Source: Myxococcales bacterium
Lineage (GTDB): Bacteria > Myxococcota_A > Polyangia > Fen-1088
Assembly: GCA_031423255.1 (NCBI GenBank)
Contig: JANPFD010000253.1
Coordinates: 14,941 to 78,940 of the forward strand
Direction of reading: 5' to 3'
Length of the DNA: 64,000 nt
Every line of letters begins with the position of its first letter. Position 1 is the first letter of the stretch. Below are positions 47,209-57,327 of this stretch, piece by piece. The notes below the pieces were generated by a model. It saw only the letters and a list, made by a program, of their open reading frames with translations. It had not been told where the DNA came from and made no database searches. The position numbers and the translations under genes were made by a program.

Positions 47209-48291
47209 CTAGCCGATGTAGTTCTTCTTGATCAGGTACTCGGCCACCAGGATCGCGCCCCGGGCTGCGCCCATCTTGGTGTTGTGCGAGACGAGCAGGT
47301 ACTTGATCCCGTGGGTCAGCGCCGGGTCCTCGCGCAGACGGCCGATCACGGTGGACATGCCTCCCTCGGCGTCACGGTCGAGGCGCACCTGCGGCCGGTA
47401 CGGATCGTCGCTGACGCTGAGCAGGTGCTTGGGAGCCGACGGCAGGCCCATCGAAGCCAGATCCGCGCCGAACTCGCGCCAGACCGCCTTGACGTCTTCC
47501 AGCCGCGCCGCGCGCCGGAGCTGCACGAACACCGACTCGGTGTGGCCCTCGAGCACGTTCACGCGCGTGCAGGTACACGACACCGAGATCGGCGCCGGGA
47601 CGATGGCGTCACCCTGCAACTTGCCGAGGATCTTCTGCGTCTCCCGCTCGACCTTCTCTTCTTCCTTGGGGATGTACGGGATGATGTTGTCGAGGACGTC
47701 CATGCCCGGGACGCCGGGCGAGCGGCCGGCGCCCGACAGCGCCTGCATCGAGGTCATGATCACCTTCTCGACGCCGAACGCGATGTCCAGCGGCCGCAGG
47801 GTCATCGCCAGACCGACGGTGGTGCAGTTCGGCCCCGGGGTGATGAACCCCTTCCAGCCGCGCTTCTTCCGCTGCACCTCGATGAGGCCGGCGTGGTCCC
47901 AGTTCACACCGGGGAGAAAGATGGGCACGTCGGTCTCGTAGCGAAAAGCGCTGGCCGTCGAGATCACCGGCACGGCGGCCGCGAACCTCGGCTCCAGCTC
48001 GCGCGCGACGTCCGCCTCGACGGCGGAGAAGACCAGACGGATGCCGTCGGTGCTCATGGTGGCCGAGTCCTCCACCACCAGGTTCGCCACCTCGTCGGGC
48101 ATCGGCGCGGCGCAATACCATCGCGACGCTCCCTTGTCGTCCTTCACGGCGGCGGCCATCTTCTTGCCGGCCGAGCGGCTGGATGCCGCCACCTTGACGA
48201 CCTGGAGCATCGGATGCCCGCCCAGCGACGCCAGGAACTCCTGGCCAGCCAGGCCGGTGGCACCCACCACCGCTACGGGAATGCGTGACAT
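47209..48291 (-). CDS. asd: Aspartate-semialdehyde dehydrogenase (archaeal/fungal-type branch)
   Basis: VAVVGATGLAGQE (Rossmann), active-site GPNCTTVGL, SMQALSGAG, and LVSHNTKMGAARGAI at the C-terminus. Confidence 0.9.
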   Translation of the reverse strand: MSRIPVAVVGATGLAGQEFLASLGGHPMLQVVKVAASSRSAGKKMAAAVKDDKGASRWYCAAPMPDEVANLVVEDSATMSTDGIRLVFSAVEADVARELEPRFAAAVPVISTASAFRYETDVPIFLPGVNWDHAGLIEVQRKKRGWKGFITPGPNCTTVGLAMTLRPLDIAFGVEKVIMTSMQALSGAGRSPGVPGMDVLDNIIPYIPKEEEKVERETQKILGKLQGDAIVPAPISVSCTCTRVNVLEGHTESVFVQLRRAARLEDVKAVWREFGADLASMGLPSAPKHLLSVSDDPYRPQVRLDRDAEGGMSTVIGRLREDPALTHGIKYLLVSHNTKMGAARGAILVAEYLIKKNYIG

Positions 48292-48315
48292 GGCCGCGGA
48301 CTCTAGCAGAAAAAT

Positions 48316-49047
48316 TCAGGGCGCAAGGCGCTGCCGCATCGCCTCGTAAAGGAGGATGGCGCCGGCGGCCGAGGCGTTGAGCGACGCGACCTTCCCGCGC
48401 TGCGGAATCTGCAGGAACCCGTCGCAGCGGCGGCTGACCGCCTCGCGCATCCCCCTGCCCTCGGCGCCAATCACCAGGGCCGTCGGCCCACGCAAGTTCG
48501 CGTCGGCAAGAAGAGCGCCGCCTTCGGCCGCCGCTCCCCAGACCGTCAACCCCGCCTCGCGCAATGCATCGATGGCCTTGAGGAGGTTCGGAACCCGGGC
48601 GATCCGCATCCGCTCCGTCGCCCCGGCCGACGCTTTCACCGCCGAGCCGGTCACGGGCGCGGCCTGGCGTTCAGGGATGATCACCCCGTGTCCGCCCAGC
48701 ACCTCCGTGCTGCGCACGAGCGCGCCCAGGTTCTGCGGATCGGTGATACCGTCGAGCAACAACACCAGCGGCGACTCACTCGCGTCCAGGATCTCCTTCA
48801 CCTCCGCGTAGCGATACTCGCCGGCCAGCGCCAGAATCCCCTGGTGGGCGCCACCGGCGGCCAGCTCGTGCACGAGAGCGCGCGGCCGGAACTCCACCGC
48901 GACACCGCGATCCTTGGCCGCGGCGATCACCGCGTGCAGTTCGGGCGATCGGTGAACGCCGTCGGCGACGTAGACGACGGCTATCTGACGAGGACGGGCG
49001 CGGACCAGTTCCTCGACGGGGCGGACGCCGAAGACTACGCGCGACAC
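48316..49047 (-). CDS. rlmB: TrmH/SpoU family 23S rRNA (guanosine-2'-O)-methyltransferase, RlmB-like
   Basis: The true start is GTG 49047 ([14 protein letters not shown], a SpoU substrate-binding N-domain). Blocks: LLLDGITDPQNLGALVRS, LVIGAEGRGM, SLNASAAGAILLYE. The upstream 139 codons of the track ORF are an artefact. Confidence 0.8.
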   Translation of the reverse strand: MSRVVFGVRPVEELVRARPRQIAVVYVADGVHRSPELHAVIAAAKDRGVAVEFRPRALVHELAAGGAHQGILALAGEYRYAEVKEILDASESPLVLLLDGITDPQNLGALVRSTEVLGGHGVIIPERQAAPVTGSAVKASAGATERMRIARVPNLLKAIDALREAGLTVWGAAAEGGALLADANLRGPTALVIGAEGRGMREAVSRRCDGFLQIPQRGKVASLNASAAGAILLYEAMRQRLAP

Positions 49048-49736
49048 GCGGCGTCGACCTCGGCCACCACGGCCGCGAACGCCTCGGCCGGATTTGTAGC
49101 ATCTCGGATCGGGCGGCCGACGACCAGGTAATCGGCGCCGGCCGCGATGGCGCTCGCGGGGGTGGCCACGCGCTTCTGGTCTCCCAGCGCCGCACCCGAA
49201 GGCCGCACACCCGGCACGACGGTGAAAGCGGCGCGGTGCTGCGACTTCGCGGCGATGATGTCCAGCGGCGAGCAGACCAGTCCCGGCACCCCGGCCTGCG
49301 CGGCGACACGCGCGCGCCGGCGTACCGCCTCGGCGGCATCGGCAGTGATCCCGTCGGCTATCAGATCGGCCTCGGTGAAGCTGGTCAGGACGGTGACGCC
49401 GAGGATCTTCGTCCGTGGCCCCGCGGCCTCGACCGCCCGGCGCAGCATCTCCTGCCCGCCGCAAGTGTGCACCGTCAGCAACTCGGCGCCCAGCTTCGCC
49501 GCCGAGGCGACGGCGCGGCCGACCGTCTCGGGGATGTCGTGCAGCTTGAGGTCCAGGAACAACTTGCCGCCCCGCTTGCGCACGGCCTCGATCGCCCGTA
49601 CGCCCTCGGCGAGGAACAGCTCCAGGCCGACCTTGTAAAAAATCGGCTGCCCTTCCAGCCTGTCGAGGAACACCTCGACCCCGGCGAGATCGGGCACGTC
49701 GAGGGCGACGATGACCCGTTCGCGCGCCGCAATCAC
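49035..49736 (-). CDS. pyrF: Orotidine 5'-phosphate decarboxylase
   Basis: [34 protein letters not shown] 49736 gives a GTGA overlap with the proS stop; the alternative start is TTG 49751. Confidence 0.9.
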   Translation of the reverse strand: MIAARERVIVALDVPDLAGVEVFLDRLEGQPIFYKVGLELFLAEGVRAIEAVRKRGGKLFLDLKLHDIPETVGRAVASAAKLGAELLTVHTCGGQEMLRRAVEAAGPRTKILGVTVLTSFTEADLIADGITADAAEAVRRRARVAAQAGVPGLVCSPLDIIAAKSQHRAAFTVVPGVRPSGAALGDQKRVATPASAIAAGADYLVVGRPIRDATNPAEAFAAVVAEVDAACRA

Positions 49737-51448
49737 AGCCGCTCCTTGCAAACTTTCTCGGCGATCTCCCGGGCTGCGTCTTCCAGCTTCACCTTGGTGA
49801 CCTCAGGCGCGCGCCGCAGCTTCACTTCGGCCATGCCCTCGGCCAGACCCTTCTTGCCGACGGCCAACCGGTAGGGGATGCCGACCAGATCGGCGTCCTT
49901 GAACTTCACGCCGGGCCGCTCGTCCCGGTCGTCATACAGCACCTCGATCCCTGCTTTGGTCAGCTCGTCGTAGAGCTTGTCACAGGCGCCGGCGACCTGC
50001 GGATCCGTCGGCTGCAACGACAGCAACGCCACCTCGTACGGCGCCAGTGGCACCGGCCAGACGATGCCGTCCTTGTCGTGGTGCTGCTCGATGGCCGCGG
50101 CGGCGATGCGGGTCACCCCGATGCCGTAGCAGCCCATGATCATCGGCTTGTCCTTGCCATCGGCGTCCAGGAAGTGCGCCTTCATCGCCGTCGAGTACTT
50201 CGTGCCCAGGAAGAAGACGTGGCCCACCTCGATTCCGCGGTAGCCCTTGAACGTCCCCTTGTCGCAACGTGGACACGCATCGCCGATGGAGGCTTGCCGG
50301 TAATCGCCGCAGGCCGTGGGCGTGAAATCGCGATCCAGGGACACGTTCTTGTAATGAAGGTCGCCGGCGTTCGCGCCGCACACGAAGCTCGGCAGCGCGC
50401 ACACCTCGACGTCACAGTAGACGGGGATCTTCAGCCCGACGGGACCGGCAAAGCCTACCGGCGCGCCGGTGACCTCCTCGACGGTCTTGTCCGTGGCCAT
50501 CACCAGTTCCTTGGCTCCCACGGCGCGTGCGACCTTGATCTCGTTCGCCGTCCTGTCGCCACGGACCAGCACCGCCACCGGCTTTCCGTCGGCGAGATAG
50601 ATGAGGGTCTTGACCAGCGACGTCGGCGGCACGCCCATGAAGCCGGACACCTCGTCGATGGTCCGCTTGCCGGGCGTCGGCACCTTCTCGAGGGCGGCGA
50701 CCGCGGGTTTCTCCCTGGGCATCGCCGGCGCGCGAACCTTCGCCTCCTCGACGTTCGCGGCGTAGTTGCAGGTGTCGCAGGCCACCAGGGCGTCCTCGCC
50801 CGTCTCGGCCAGCACCTGGAACTCGTGCGACAGCGAACCGCCGATCGCGCCCACGTCCGCCTCGACGGCGCGGAACGCCAGGCCGCAGCGGGTGAAGATG
50901 CGACCGTAGGCATCGTACATGCTCTGGTACTCGCGGCGCGCATCCTCGTCCGTGGCGTGGAACGAGTAAGCGTCCTTCATGATGAACTCGCGGCCCCGCA
51001 TCAGGCCGGCGCGGGGGCGCAGCTCGTCGCGGAACTTGGTCTGGATCTGGTACAGGTTCAACGGCAGCTGCCGGTAGCTGCGCACGTCGCCGCGGACGAG
51101 GTCGGTGATCACCTCCTCGTGCGTCGGGCCGATCACGAAATCGCCGCCCTTGCGGTCCTTGAAGCGAAGCAGTTGCGCGCCGTACTGTTCCCAGCGCCCG
51201 GACTCCATCCACAGCTCGGCCGGGATGACCGCCGGCAGGAACACCTCCTGGGCGCCGGCGCGGTTCATCTCCTCACGCACGATGCGGGCGATCTTCTGGA
51301 TGACGCGCCAGCCGAGTGGCAGGAATGAATACACCCCGGCCGCCACCTTCCGCAGGTAGCCGCCACGCACCATCAGGATGTGGGAGGGTACCTCCGCCTC
51401 CGCGGGCGCTTCCTTCAGCGTCGGTACCAGAGCCTTCGAAAGTCGCAT
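49733..51448 (-). CDS. proS: Prolyl-tRNA synthetase (bacterial type with an INS editing domain)
   Basis: The true start [34 protein letters not shown] (ATG 51448) is 112 codons inside track ORF 49733..51784. Class II motifs [17 protein letters not shown] and GCYGIGVTR. Confidence 0.95.
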   Translation of the reverse strand: MRLSKALVPTLKEAPAEAEVPSHILMVRGGYLRKVAAGVYSFLPLGWRVIQKIARIVREEMNRAGAQEVFLPAVIPAELWMESGRWEQYGAQLLRFKDRKGGDFVIGPTHEEVITDLVRGDVRSYRQLPLNLYQIQTKFRDELRPRAGLMRGREFIMKDAYSFHATDEDARREYQSMYDAYGRIFTRCGLAFRAVEADVGAIGGSLSHEFQVLAETGEDALVACDTCNYAANVEEAKVRAPAMPREKPAVAALEKVPTPGKRTIDEVSGFMGVPPTSLVKTLIYLADGKPVAVLVRGDRTANEIKVARAVGAKELVMATDKTVEEVTGAPVGFAGPVGLKIPVYCDVEVCALPSFVCGANAGDLHYKNVSLDRDFTPTACGDYRQASIGDACPRCDKGTFKGYRGIEVGHVFFLGTKYSTAMKAHFLDADGKDKPMIMGCYGIGVTRIAAAAIEQHHDKDGIVWPVPLAPYEVALLSLQPTDPQVAGACDKLYDELTKAGIEVLYDDRDERPGVKFKDADLVGIPYRLAVGKKGLAEGMAEVKLRRAPEVTKVKLEDAAREIAEKVCKERL

Positions 51449-51484
51449 GGCCCGTGGGTCATAACACAGGGCCTGCCCGAAAAG

Positions 51485-51573
51485 CCGGGGTGTTACCGAC
51501 TTCCCCGGTCGGTGGGAATTTGCGAGAATTTTCCCCGGCTGAAACACGCCGGAAATGGTTCGCGCTTCATCAT
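51485..51573 (-). promoter_or_regulatory. Candidate proS leader: a 26-codon ORF plus two mutually exclusive GC hairpins, the second followed by CUUUUC
   Basis: ORF 51573-51493 reads [26 protein letters not shown]. Hairpin 1 is ACCGAC/GUCGGU (51513-51495). Hairpin 2 is CCGGGG/CCCCGG (51508-51485), followed by CUUUUC. Confidence 0.3.
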
Positions 51574-51604
51574 CCAAGACGAAGGTAACGAACAGGAGGG
51601 CACC

Positions 51605-51781
51605 ATGCAGCTCAGGCACATCCGTCCGGGTTCCGTGGATTGGGAGGATGCACTGGTCGAGGACGATGCCGGCGGGTACGCCCGGCTCAGCCCGGAGGAG
51701 AAGTTGAAGCTCCAGGCAATCACCGCGATCGAACGCGGCGACGCCAATCAGGCGATGTCGGCCAGACCACGCACGGGCTGA
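51605..51781 (+). CDS. Small hypothetical acidic protein (58 aa)
   Basis: The ATG is preceded by AGGAGG at optimal spacing. 47 of 58 codons end in G/C (my count). It lies 41 nt upstream of the lipoprotein gene at 51823. Confidence 0.5.
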   Translation: MQLRHIRPGSVDWEDALVEDDAGGYARLSPEEKLKLQAITAIERGDANQAMSARPRTG

Positions 51782-51822
51782 CAAAAGCGGCGGCCGCGGC
51801 GCACCTGGCGTAAAACCACGGT

Positions 51823-53688
51823 ATGCGCCCCTGGATGCCCCTGGCCCTTGCGCTGTCGGGCTGTGCCACGGTCCGCACGCAGAACCAGGGACGGCTGCCC
51901 CCCGGCGACGCCGGCACGGCCGACGCGGGGGCCGAGGCGGATTTCCAGGCCGCCGTCGGCCGCTTCACCCGCCGGGACCCGGCGGCGCGAAGCACCCTCG
52001 AGGGATTCGTCGCCCGCCATCCCGGCCATCCTTTCAGGGTGACCGCCGTCGCACTGCTGGGGCGTCTGGCGCTCGGTCGGGGTGACGCCGCGGGCGCGAA
52101 GTCGCTGGTCGAGTCCCAGCCGGGCGGCGCCTCGACACCGGCACTGTCCTTCGTGCTGGGCGTGGCCGAGAGCCGTCTCGGGCATGCCGACCGGGCACTG
52201 GCGTTGCTTCGCCCGTTCTCCCAGGGCGGAGGCCTGCCGTCGATGGGCGGGGCGACCGACGAGGAGGCGGAGATGCTGCTTCGCACCGCGCTCGCCGAGG
52301 CGCTGGCGGTGGGCGGGAACCCGGCCGGTGCCCTCGGTGAGTGGGACCGTTACGCGCAGCTGGGGACCACGCAGGATCACGAGCGCGCCTACGCCCGCGC
52401 GCGCATCGAGGAACTGGCGGCGAGGCTCTCGAACGATGCGGCGCTGCAGGCGTACCGCAGCACCTCGTCGCCGCTTCTGCGGGCGGCCCTGGCCACGCGC
52501 GCCGCCGGGTCGCTGCGCGCGCACGGCCAGGCGGACGCGGCTCGCAAGCTCGACGAGGAGGCAGCGTCCGGGCGGCGATCGCAGGGACTCGAGCGTGCCG
52601 CGCCCTGGCTCGGGCCGGGCGATCCGGGTCGACTCGGACTGGCAGTCCCGCTGTCGGGAAATCGGCGCCTCTTGGGCGAGGTGGCGCTGCGCGGGGCGAT
52701 GATCGCGCTGGGCGAGAACAGCCACAGCCCCGAGGCGCCCGGTTACCAGCTGGTGGTGCGCGACACGGCGCTGGGCAACGATCGAGGCACCCAGTCCGCG
52801 GGCGAGCTGATCCGCCAGGAGGCGGTGATCGGGATCGTCGGCGCGGGTGGACTCAACGAAAGGGGCGCCCTGGAGATGGCGACCCGCGATGGCGTGCCCT
52901 ACCTCGCTCTCGACGAGCAGGTGCCCGGACGCCAGAGCACGACGTTCCAGCTGGTGCACGGCTCGGACGCCCGAGCCGCGGAGCTGGCGCGGCGGGCGCT
53001 GGCTGCCGGCGCGCGCAGCTTCGCGGTGCTGGGCCCCGACAGCCCCGCGGCCCGCAAGATGGCCGACGCGTTCAAGCGCGCGGTGGTGGCGGGCAAGGGG
53101 CAGGTCGTGGCCGACAAGGCCTATGCCGCGGGTACGACGTCCTTCTCGGCCCCCATCAACGAGCTGCGCAGCATTCAATTCGACGCGATCTTCATTCCGG
53201 AGGAGTCGCGTCGCCTCGAACTGGTGGCGCCCGCCCTGGCGGCGGCGGACCTGCGTCCTGCGCCGTGGGCCGGGGCAGGACGGCGCGCGACCGGCAAAGG
53301 ACGAGAGGTCCTTTTGCTGTCCACCGCCACGGCGCTGAGCGCTGGCCTCATCAAGAACGCCGGCCGCCATGTGCAGGGCGCGCTCCTGTCTCCGGGGTTC
53401 TTCTCGGGGGCCGAGGATCCCCGGACCTCCATCTTTGTCGCCCGCTTCCGGCAGCTTCACGGCCAGGACCCTCTGGCGGTCGACGCCTACGCCTTCGACG
53501 GCGTCCGCCTGCTACGCGCCGCAGTCGAGCAAGGTGCCCGCACCCGCACCGACGTGCTGCGCACCCTGGCCTCGCAGGTTCAGGGAGACGGCGTGACCGG
53601 CACAGCCCGCTTCGGCGCCGATCACGCCCGTGTCGATCCACCGCTGGTGTACACCGTCGTCGGAGACGAGGTCCGGGCGTTGCCCTAG
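51823..53688 (+). CDS. Lipoprotein with an N-terminal TPR-like region and a type-I periplasmic-binding-fold domain (LpoA / LivK-like)
   Basis: Lipobox [10 protein letters not shown]-terminal helical repeats. PBP-type blocks: [53 protein letters not shown]. Confidence 0.7.
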   Translation: MRPWMPLALALSGCATVRTQNQGRLPPGDAGTADAGAEADFQAAVGRFTRRDPAARSTLEGFVARHPGHPFRVTAVALLGRLALGRGDAAGAKSLVESQPGGASTPALSFVLGVAESRLGHADRALALLRPFSQGGGLPSMGGATDEEAEMLLRTALAEALAVGGNPAGALGEWDRYAQLGTTQDHERAYARARIEELAARLSNDAALQAYRSTSSPLLRAALATRAAGSLRAHGQADAARKLDEEAASGRRSQGLERAAPWLGPGDPGRLGLAVPLSGNRRLLGEVALRGAMIALGENSHSPEAPGYQLVVRDTALGNDRGTQSAGELIRQEAVIGIVGAGGLNERGALEMATRDGVPYLALDEQVPGRQSTTFQLVHGSDARAAELARRALAAGARSFAVLGPDSPAARKMADAFKRAVVAGKGQVVADKAYAAGTTSFSAPINELRSIQFDAIFIPEESRRLELVAPALAAADLRPAPWAGAGRRATGKGREVLLLSTATALSAGLIKNAGRHVQGALLSPGFFSGAEDPRTSIFVARFRQLHGQDPLAVDAYAFDGVRLLRAAVEQGARTRTDVLRTLASQVQGDGVTGTARFGADHARVDPPLVYTVVGDEVRALP

Positions 53689-53689
53689 T

Positions 53690-56518
53690 CTAGCGGATCG
53701 CCGCGGCGGGCGTGCTGGCCAGGAACTCGATCAGATCCACCAGCTCCTGCGGCTTCATGCCGAGCGCGATGTTGTCCGGCATGAAGGACGTCTTCTCTTT
53801 CTGGCGCTGGGCGATGGTGCTGGCCGGAATCATGCGCGTCTCGCCGGTGAGCTCCTTGAGCAACACGGTCTCACCATCGCCGACCACGAAGCCCGCGTAG
53901 GTCTGCTGGTCCTTGGTGCTGATCACCCAGGGCTCGTAACCGAAGGCGATCGCGGCGCTGGGATTCAGCACGGAGTCGAGAAGGGCCTCGCGCCCCAGCT
54001 TGATGGCGATCTGGCTCAGCGACGGGCCGATGTTGCCCCCCTGCCCGGCATACTCGTGGCAGCGCGAGCAGGCGGCCCGCTCGCCGAAGAACACCGTCTT
54101 GCCGCGGGCGGCGTCGCCCTTCATCTTGAGGAGTTCGGGCACCGACGGAAAGGCGCTGCCCTCGAACGCCGGGCGCTTGAAATACTGGCTGGCCAGCGCA
54201 CGCACGCCGACGTCCGGATTGCGGAAGATCGACTCGGCCACCGCATCCTGCAGCTCCTTCGGCAACTTGCCCTGCGCGGCCATGCCGATGAGATGGTTGC
54301 CACCGTCGCCCGTGGCGGCCAGCGCCTCGATCGCTTTGCCCTGCTCGTCACGCGTGGCGCCTGGTTTGCGGAGCATGGCCTTCCAGGCCGCCGTCTCGCG
54401 GCTCTCCTTGGTGTCCGGCTCCTTCGAACGCAGGTTCTTCAGGTGGTCGGCAACACCGAAATCACGCCACTCGTCGGTCGCGCGATCGAATGCCAGATCC
54501 AGGGCGTATCCCTTGAGCGGTTCCTGCGCCGTCTCCGCCACCTTCACGACGGCATCGGCAGCGGCGCGACTCGGCACGAAGGCCAGGGCCACCAGCGCGC
54601 GCTGTCGTTCCGGCATGGGTAGCGCGGCGGCGTGAACACGAGCGGCCAGCCCGGGCACGCTGGCCTCGGGATGCAGCCGCCAGGCGAGATCCGCGAAGGC
54701 CGGCGACCACCGCAGGGGATCGGCGGCGCCCAGCTTCGCCAGCAGCGTCGGCCACAGCGCAGCCTCCTTGCCGTCCATACCCGTTCCGATCGCCTCCAGC
54801 AGTGTCCGGTCACCGGGACGATAGCTCTGCGCCAACTTCAGAAGCAGCGTGCCGCTGTCAGCCACCGGCACATCCCGCAAGGCGATCGCCACCTCGCGGC
54901 GCACGGCCGGCGAGGCGTCGCCGACCAGAGCCGATGCGTGCTTCACCAGGGCCTTCGGGTCAGCATGGGCGCGCAGCGCGCGGAAGGCGGTGATCCGGAT
55001 GTCGGCGTCGCGATCCCGCAGTGCCTTTCCCGGCTCGGCCTGCTTCGCGGCGGCCAGGAACCAGAGTAGACGCGCCCGCGCGCGGGGATCCTTCTCCGCG
55101 GCGAACCGCTTGCGAGCGGCGGCGATCCCCGCGGGCCCTTGCTTCTGCAGGGCCTGCCATCCGTCGGCACGCACGTTCACGGCCGGGCTCAGCAACGCCT
55201 CGACGGCGCCCGCGCCGAGATCATATTTCGCCGGCTTCAGGGTTCCCCCCTTCGGCACCACGCGGAAGATGCGGCCGAAACTCTCCTTGTCGGCCATCCC
55301 GTGGCCACCCACGATCGGGTCGTACCAGTCGGCGATGAACACCGAGCCGTCGGTCCCGACGGCGACGTCACTCGGCCGGAAACGCCGCGCCTCGTCCCCG
55401 CGGGAAGCCAGGGCGGTCATGAAGTTGATCCGCTCGATCGAGGTGTAGCCAGCCCCGGCCGGCTTCACCCGATGCGCCCAGACCGAGCTGCGCCCGGCAT
55501 CAGCGTTGAGCACGGCTCCCATGAACCGCGACGGGAGCGCGTGCCCCTCGTAGACCACGAGGCCAGTGGGAGAGCCTGGTCCCGTGACCTCCGTCGGCGG
55601 CACGGTGCCAGGATCCTCCTGGTGCCAATGAGCCACCTGCGTCGACTGCCCGAACCGCTGATCGACCCGCCAGCCGCGGCGGCCGTTCTGGGAGGTGTAA
55701 CCGTAGCTCCCGCCCTCCATCAGCCAGCTCATACGGCAACCGGCATTGCCGTCGTCGTCGTTGTCGTTCTGCCAGAGGTTGCCGAAGGCATCCAGGCCCA
55801 GTTCGTAGACGTTGCGGAAGTTGTGGGCCAGGACGCGCAACCCGGTCCCATCGGAGTTGATCCGCATGGCGACGCCCTGCACCCAGACGCGGCCGTCGTC
55901 GCTCTTCTCCCCGCCCGGCCCAGGACCCTCCTTGGTCGTGCGCAACGTGAATCCGGCGCGATCCTTCACCACGTGCGGGCCGTGGTTGCCGGCGTTGAAA
56001 TACCAGCGGCCGTCGGGGCCGAAAGAAAACGCGTGCACGCCGTGGTCGTGATCGATGCCCCCGAAGCCGTCGAGGAAGATCTCCTTCTTCTCGGGCTTGT
56101 CGTCGCCGTCCGCGTCCGTGTAGACGATGATCCGCGGCGAGCAGGAAACGACGACCTTGTCGCCAATGACCGCGATCCCCAGCGGCGCCTGCAGGTCCTT
56201 GTCCTGCACGAACACCTTCGAGGTGTCGGCGTCGCCATCACCGTCGGTGTCTTCCAGGATCACGATCCGGTCGCCGCCGTCGCGGGGCACGAAGCCCTTC
56301 TCGCGCAGGTCCTTCTTGATGGTGAAGCGGTAGTTCACCCCCTCGGCCACCCAGACGCGGCCGCGCCGGTCGACGTCGATGTTCGTCGGGTTGTGAAGCT
56401 GCGGGCTCTCGGCCCACACCTTCACCTCGAGGCCGTCGGCAACGTCGTAGTCGGCCGTGACGTCCTTCGGACTCGACGCCGCGAGGAGTGCGATGAGCGC
56501 GACCAGCGCCAGGTTCAC
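53690..56518 (-). CDS. PVC-type haem-binding CxxCH protein: membrane-bound-dehydrogenase-like beta-propeller domain, HEAT repeats and a C-terminal cytochrome c domain
   Basis: GTG 56518 (GTGA overlap) with signal NLALVALIALLAASSP. N-terminal block VKVWAESPQLHNPTNIDVDRRGRVWVAEGVNY. HEAT-like middle region. C-terminal CSRCHEYAG plus FMPDN. The track ORF extension to 57091 is an artefact. Confidence 0.8.
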   Translation of the reverse strand: MNLALVALIALLAASSPKDVTADYDVADGLEVKVWAESPQLHNPTNIDVDRRGRVWVAEGVNYRFTIKKDLREKGFVPRDGGDRIVILEDTDGDGDADTSKVFVQDKDLQAPLGIAVIGDKVVVSCSPRIIVYTDADGDDKPEKKEIFLDGFGGIDHDHGVHAFSFGPDGRWYFNAGNHGPHVVKDRAGFTLRTTKEGPGPGGEKSDDGRVWVQGVAMRINSDGTGLRVLAHNFRNVYELGLDAFGNLWQNDNDDDGNAGCRMSWLMEGGSYGYTSQNGRRGWRVDQRFGQSTQVAHWHQEDPGTVPPTEVTGPGSPTGLVVYEGHALPSRFMGAVLNADAGRSSVWAHRVKPAGAGYTSIERINFMTALASRGDEARRFRPSDVAVGTDGSVFIADWYDPIVGGHGMADKESFGRIFRVVPKGGTLKPAKYDLGAGAVEALLSPAVNVRADGWQALQKQGPAGIAAARKRFAAEKDPRARARLLWFLAAAKQAEPGKALRDRDADIRITAFRALRAHADPKALVKHASALVGDASPAVRREVAIALRDVPVADSGTLLLKLAQSYRPGDRTLLEAIGTGMDGKEAALWPTLLAKLGAADPLRWSPAFADLAWRLHPEASVPGLAARVHAAALPMPERQRALVALAFVPSRAAADAVVKVAETAQEPLKGYALDLAFDRATDEWRDFGVADHLKNLRSKEPDTKESRETAAWKAMLRKPGATRDEQGKAIEALAATGDGGNHLIGMAAQGKLPKELQDAVAESIFRNPDVGVRALASQYFKRPAFEGSAFPSVPELLKMKGDAARGKTVFFGERAACSRCHEYAGQGGNIGPSLSQIAIKLGREALLDSVLNPSAAIAFGYEPWVISTKDQQTYAGFVVGDGETVLLKELTGETRMIPASTIAQRQKEKTSFMPDNIALGMKPQELVDLIEFLASTPAAAIR

Positions 56519-57327
56519 GGCTGGTCGTATCCCTTGAGCGGGCGGATCCAGATGTTGCGATAGTGGATCGGGTTGCCGTGGTCCTGGATCTCGATCGGCC
56601 CCTTGACCATGGCCGGGGTGTACTCCGCGATCTTCCTGTGGGTGGTGCCGCCGAAGTAGGCAGTCGCGTTGTGCGTGACCACGCCGTTGTGAATCACGGT
56701 CACCGTGGCCGGCTTGTCCAGCTTGCCGTCTTTGTTGCCGTCCTTGAAACGTGGAGCGGTGAAGACGATGTCGTAGGTCTGCCACTCGCCTGGCTTGCGC
56801 GAGGCGTTCACCAACGGCGGGTACTGCCCGTACAGCGCCGACGCCTGGCCATCCGGATAGGTGGGGTTCTGGTGGCTGTCGAGCACCTGCACCTCGAACT
56901 GCCCCAGCAGGAAGACGCCGCTGTTGCCGCGCCCCTGGCTGTCCCCCTTGACCACCGACGGCGTCGCCCACTCGACGTGGAGCTGGAAGTCGCTCCATTC
57001 CTCCTTGGTCTTGATGTAACCCTTGCCGGTCTCGAGGACGCCGTCTTTCAGGCTCCAGGTCGCTGGTGTGTTGCCCACCTTCTGCACCCACTTCGACAGA
57101 TCGTTCCCGGGGCCGATGAGCACCGTCGCGTCGGCGGGCGCTGCGCCGGGCTTGTCCCCCGGGGTGACGACCTTCGGCACGGGTCGGTCGGAGTCATGGA
57201 CATGCCACTTGCCGTTCGGTTGCATCGGCGTATCGGTGTAGCCGAGCGACGGCTTCTTCGGATCGGCAGCGTATGCCGCTCCGGTGGATAGCAGGACGAC
57301 CACGACGGCGAGAGAAAGGGTCTTCAC
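56515..57327 (-). CDS. DUF1080 (3-keto-disaccharide hydrolase-like, concanavalin-fold) secreted protein
   Basis: GTG start with signal MKTLSLAVVVVLLSTGAAYA. SDFQLHVEW, NSGVFL and IEIQDHGNPIHYRNIWIRPL are typical of DUF1080. Confidence 0.8.
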   Translation of the reverse strand: MKTLSLAVVVVLLSTGAAYAADPKKPSLGYTDTPMQPNGKWHVHDSDRPVPKVVTPGDKPGAAPADATVLIGPGNDLSKWVQKVGNTPATWSLKDGVLETGKGYIKTKEEWSDFQLHVEWATPSVVKGDSQGRGNSGVFLLGQFEVQVLDSHQNPTYPDGQASALYGQYPPLVNASRKPGEWQTYDIVFTAPRFKDGNKDGKLDKPATVTVIHNGVVTHNATAYFGGTTHRKIAEYTPAMVKGPIEIQDHGNPIHYRNIWIRPLKGYDQP

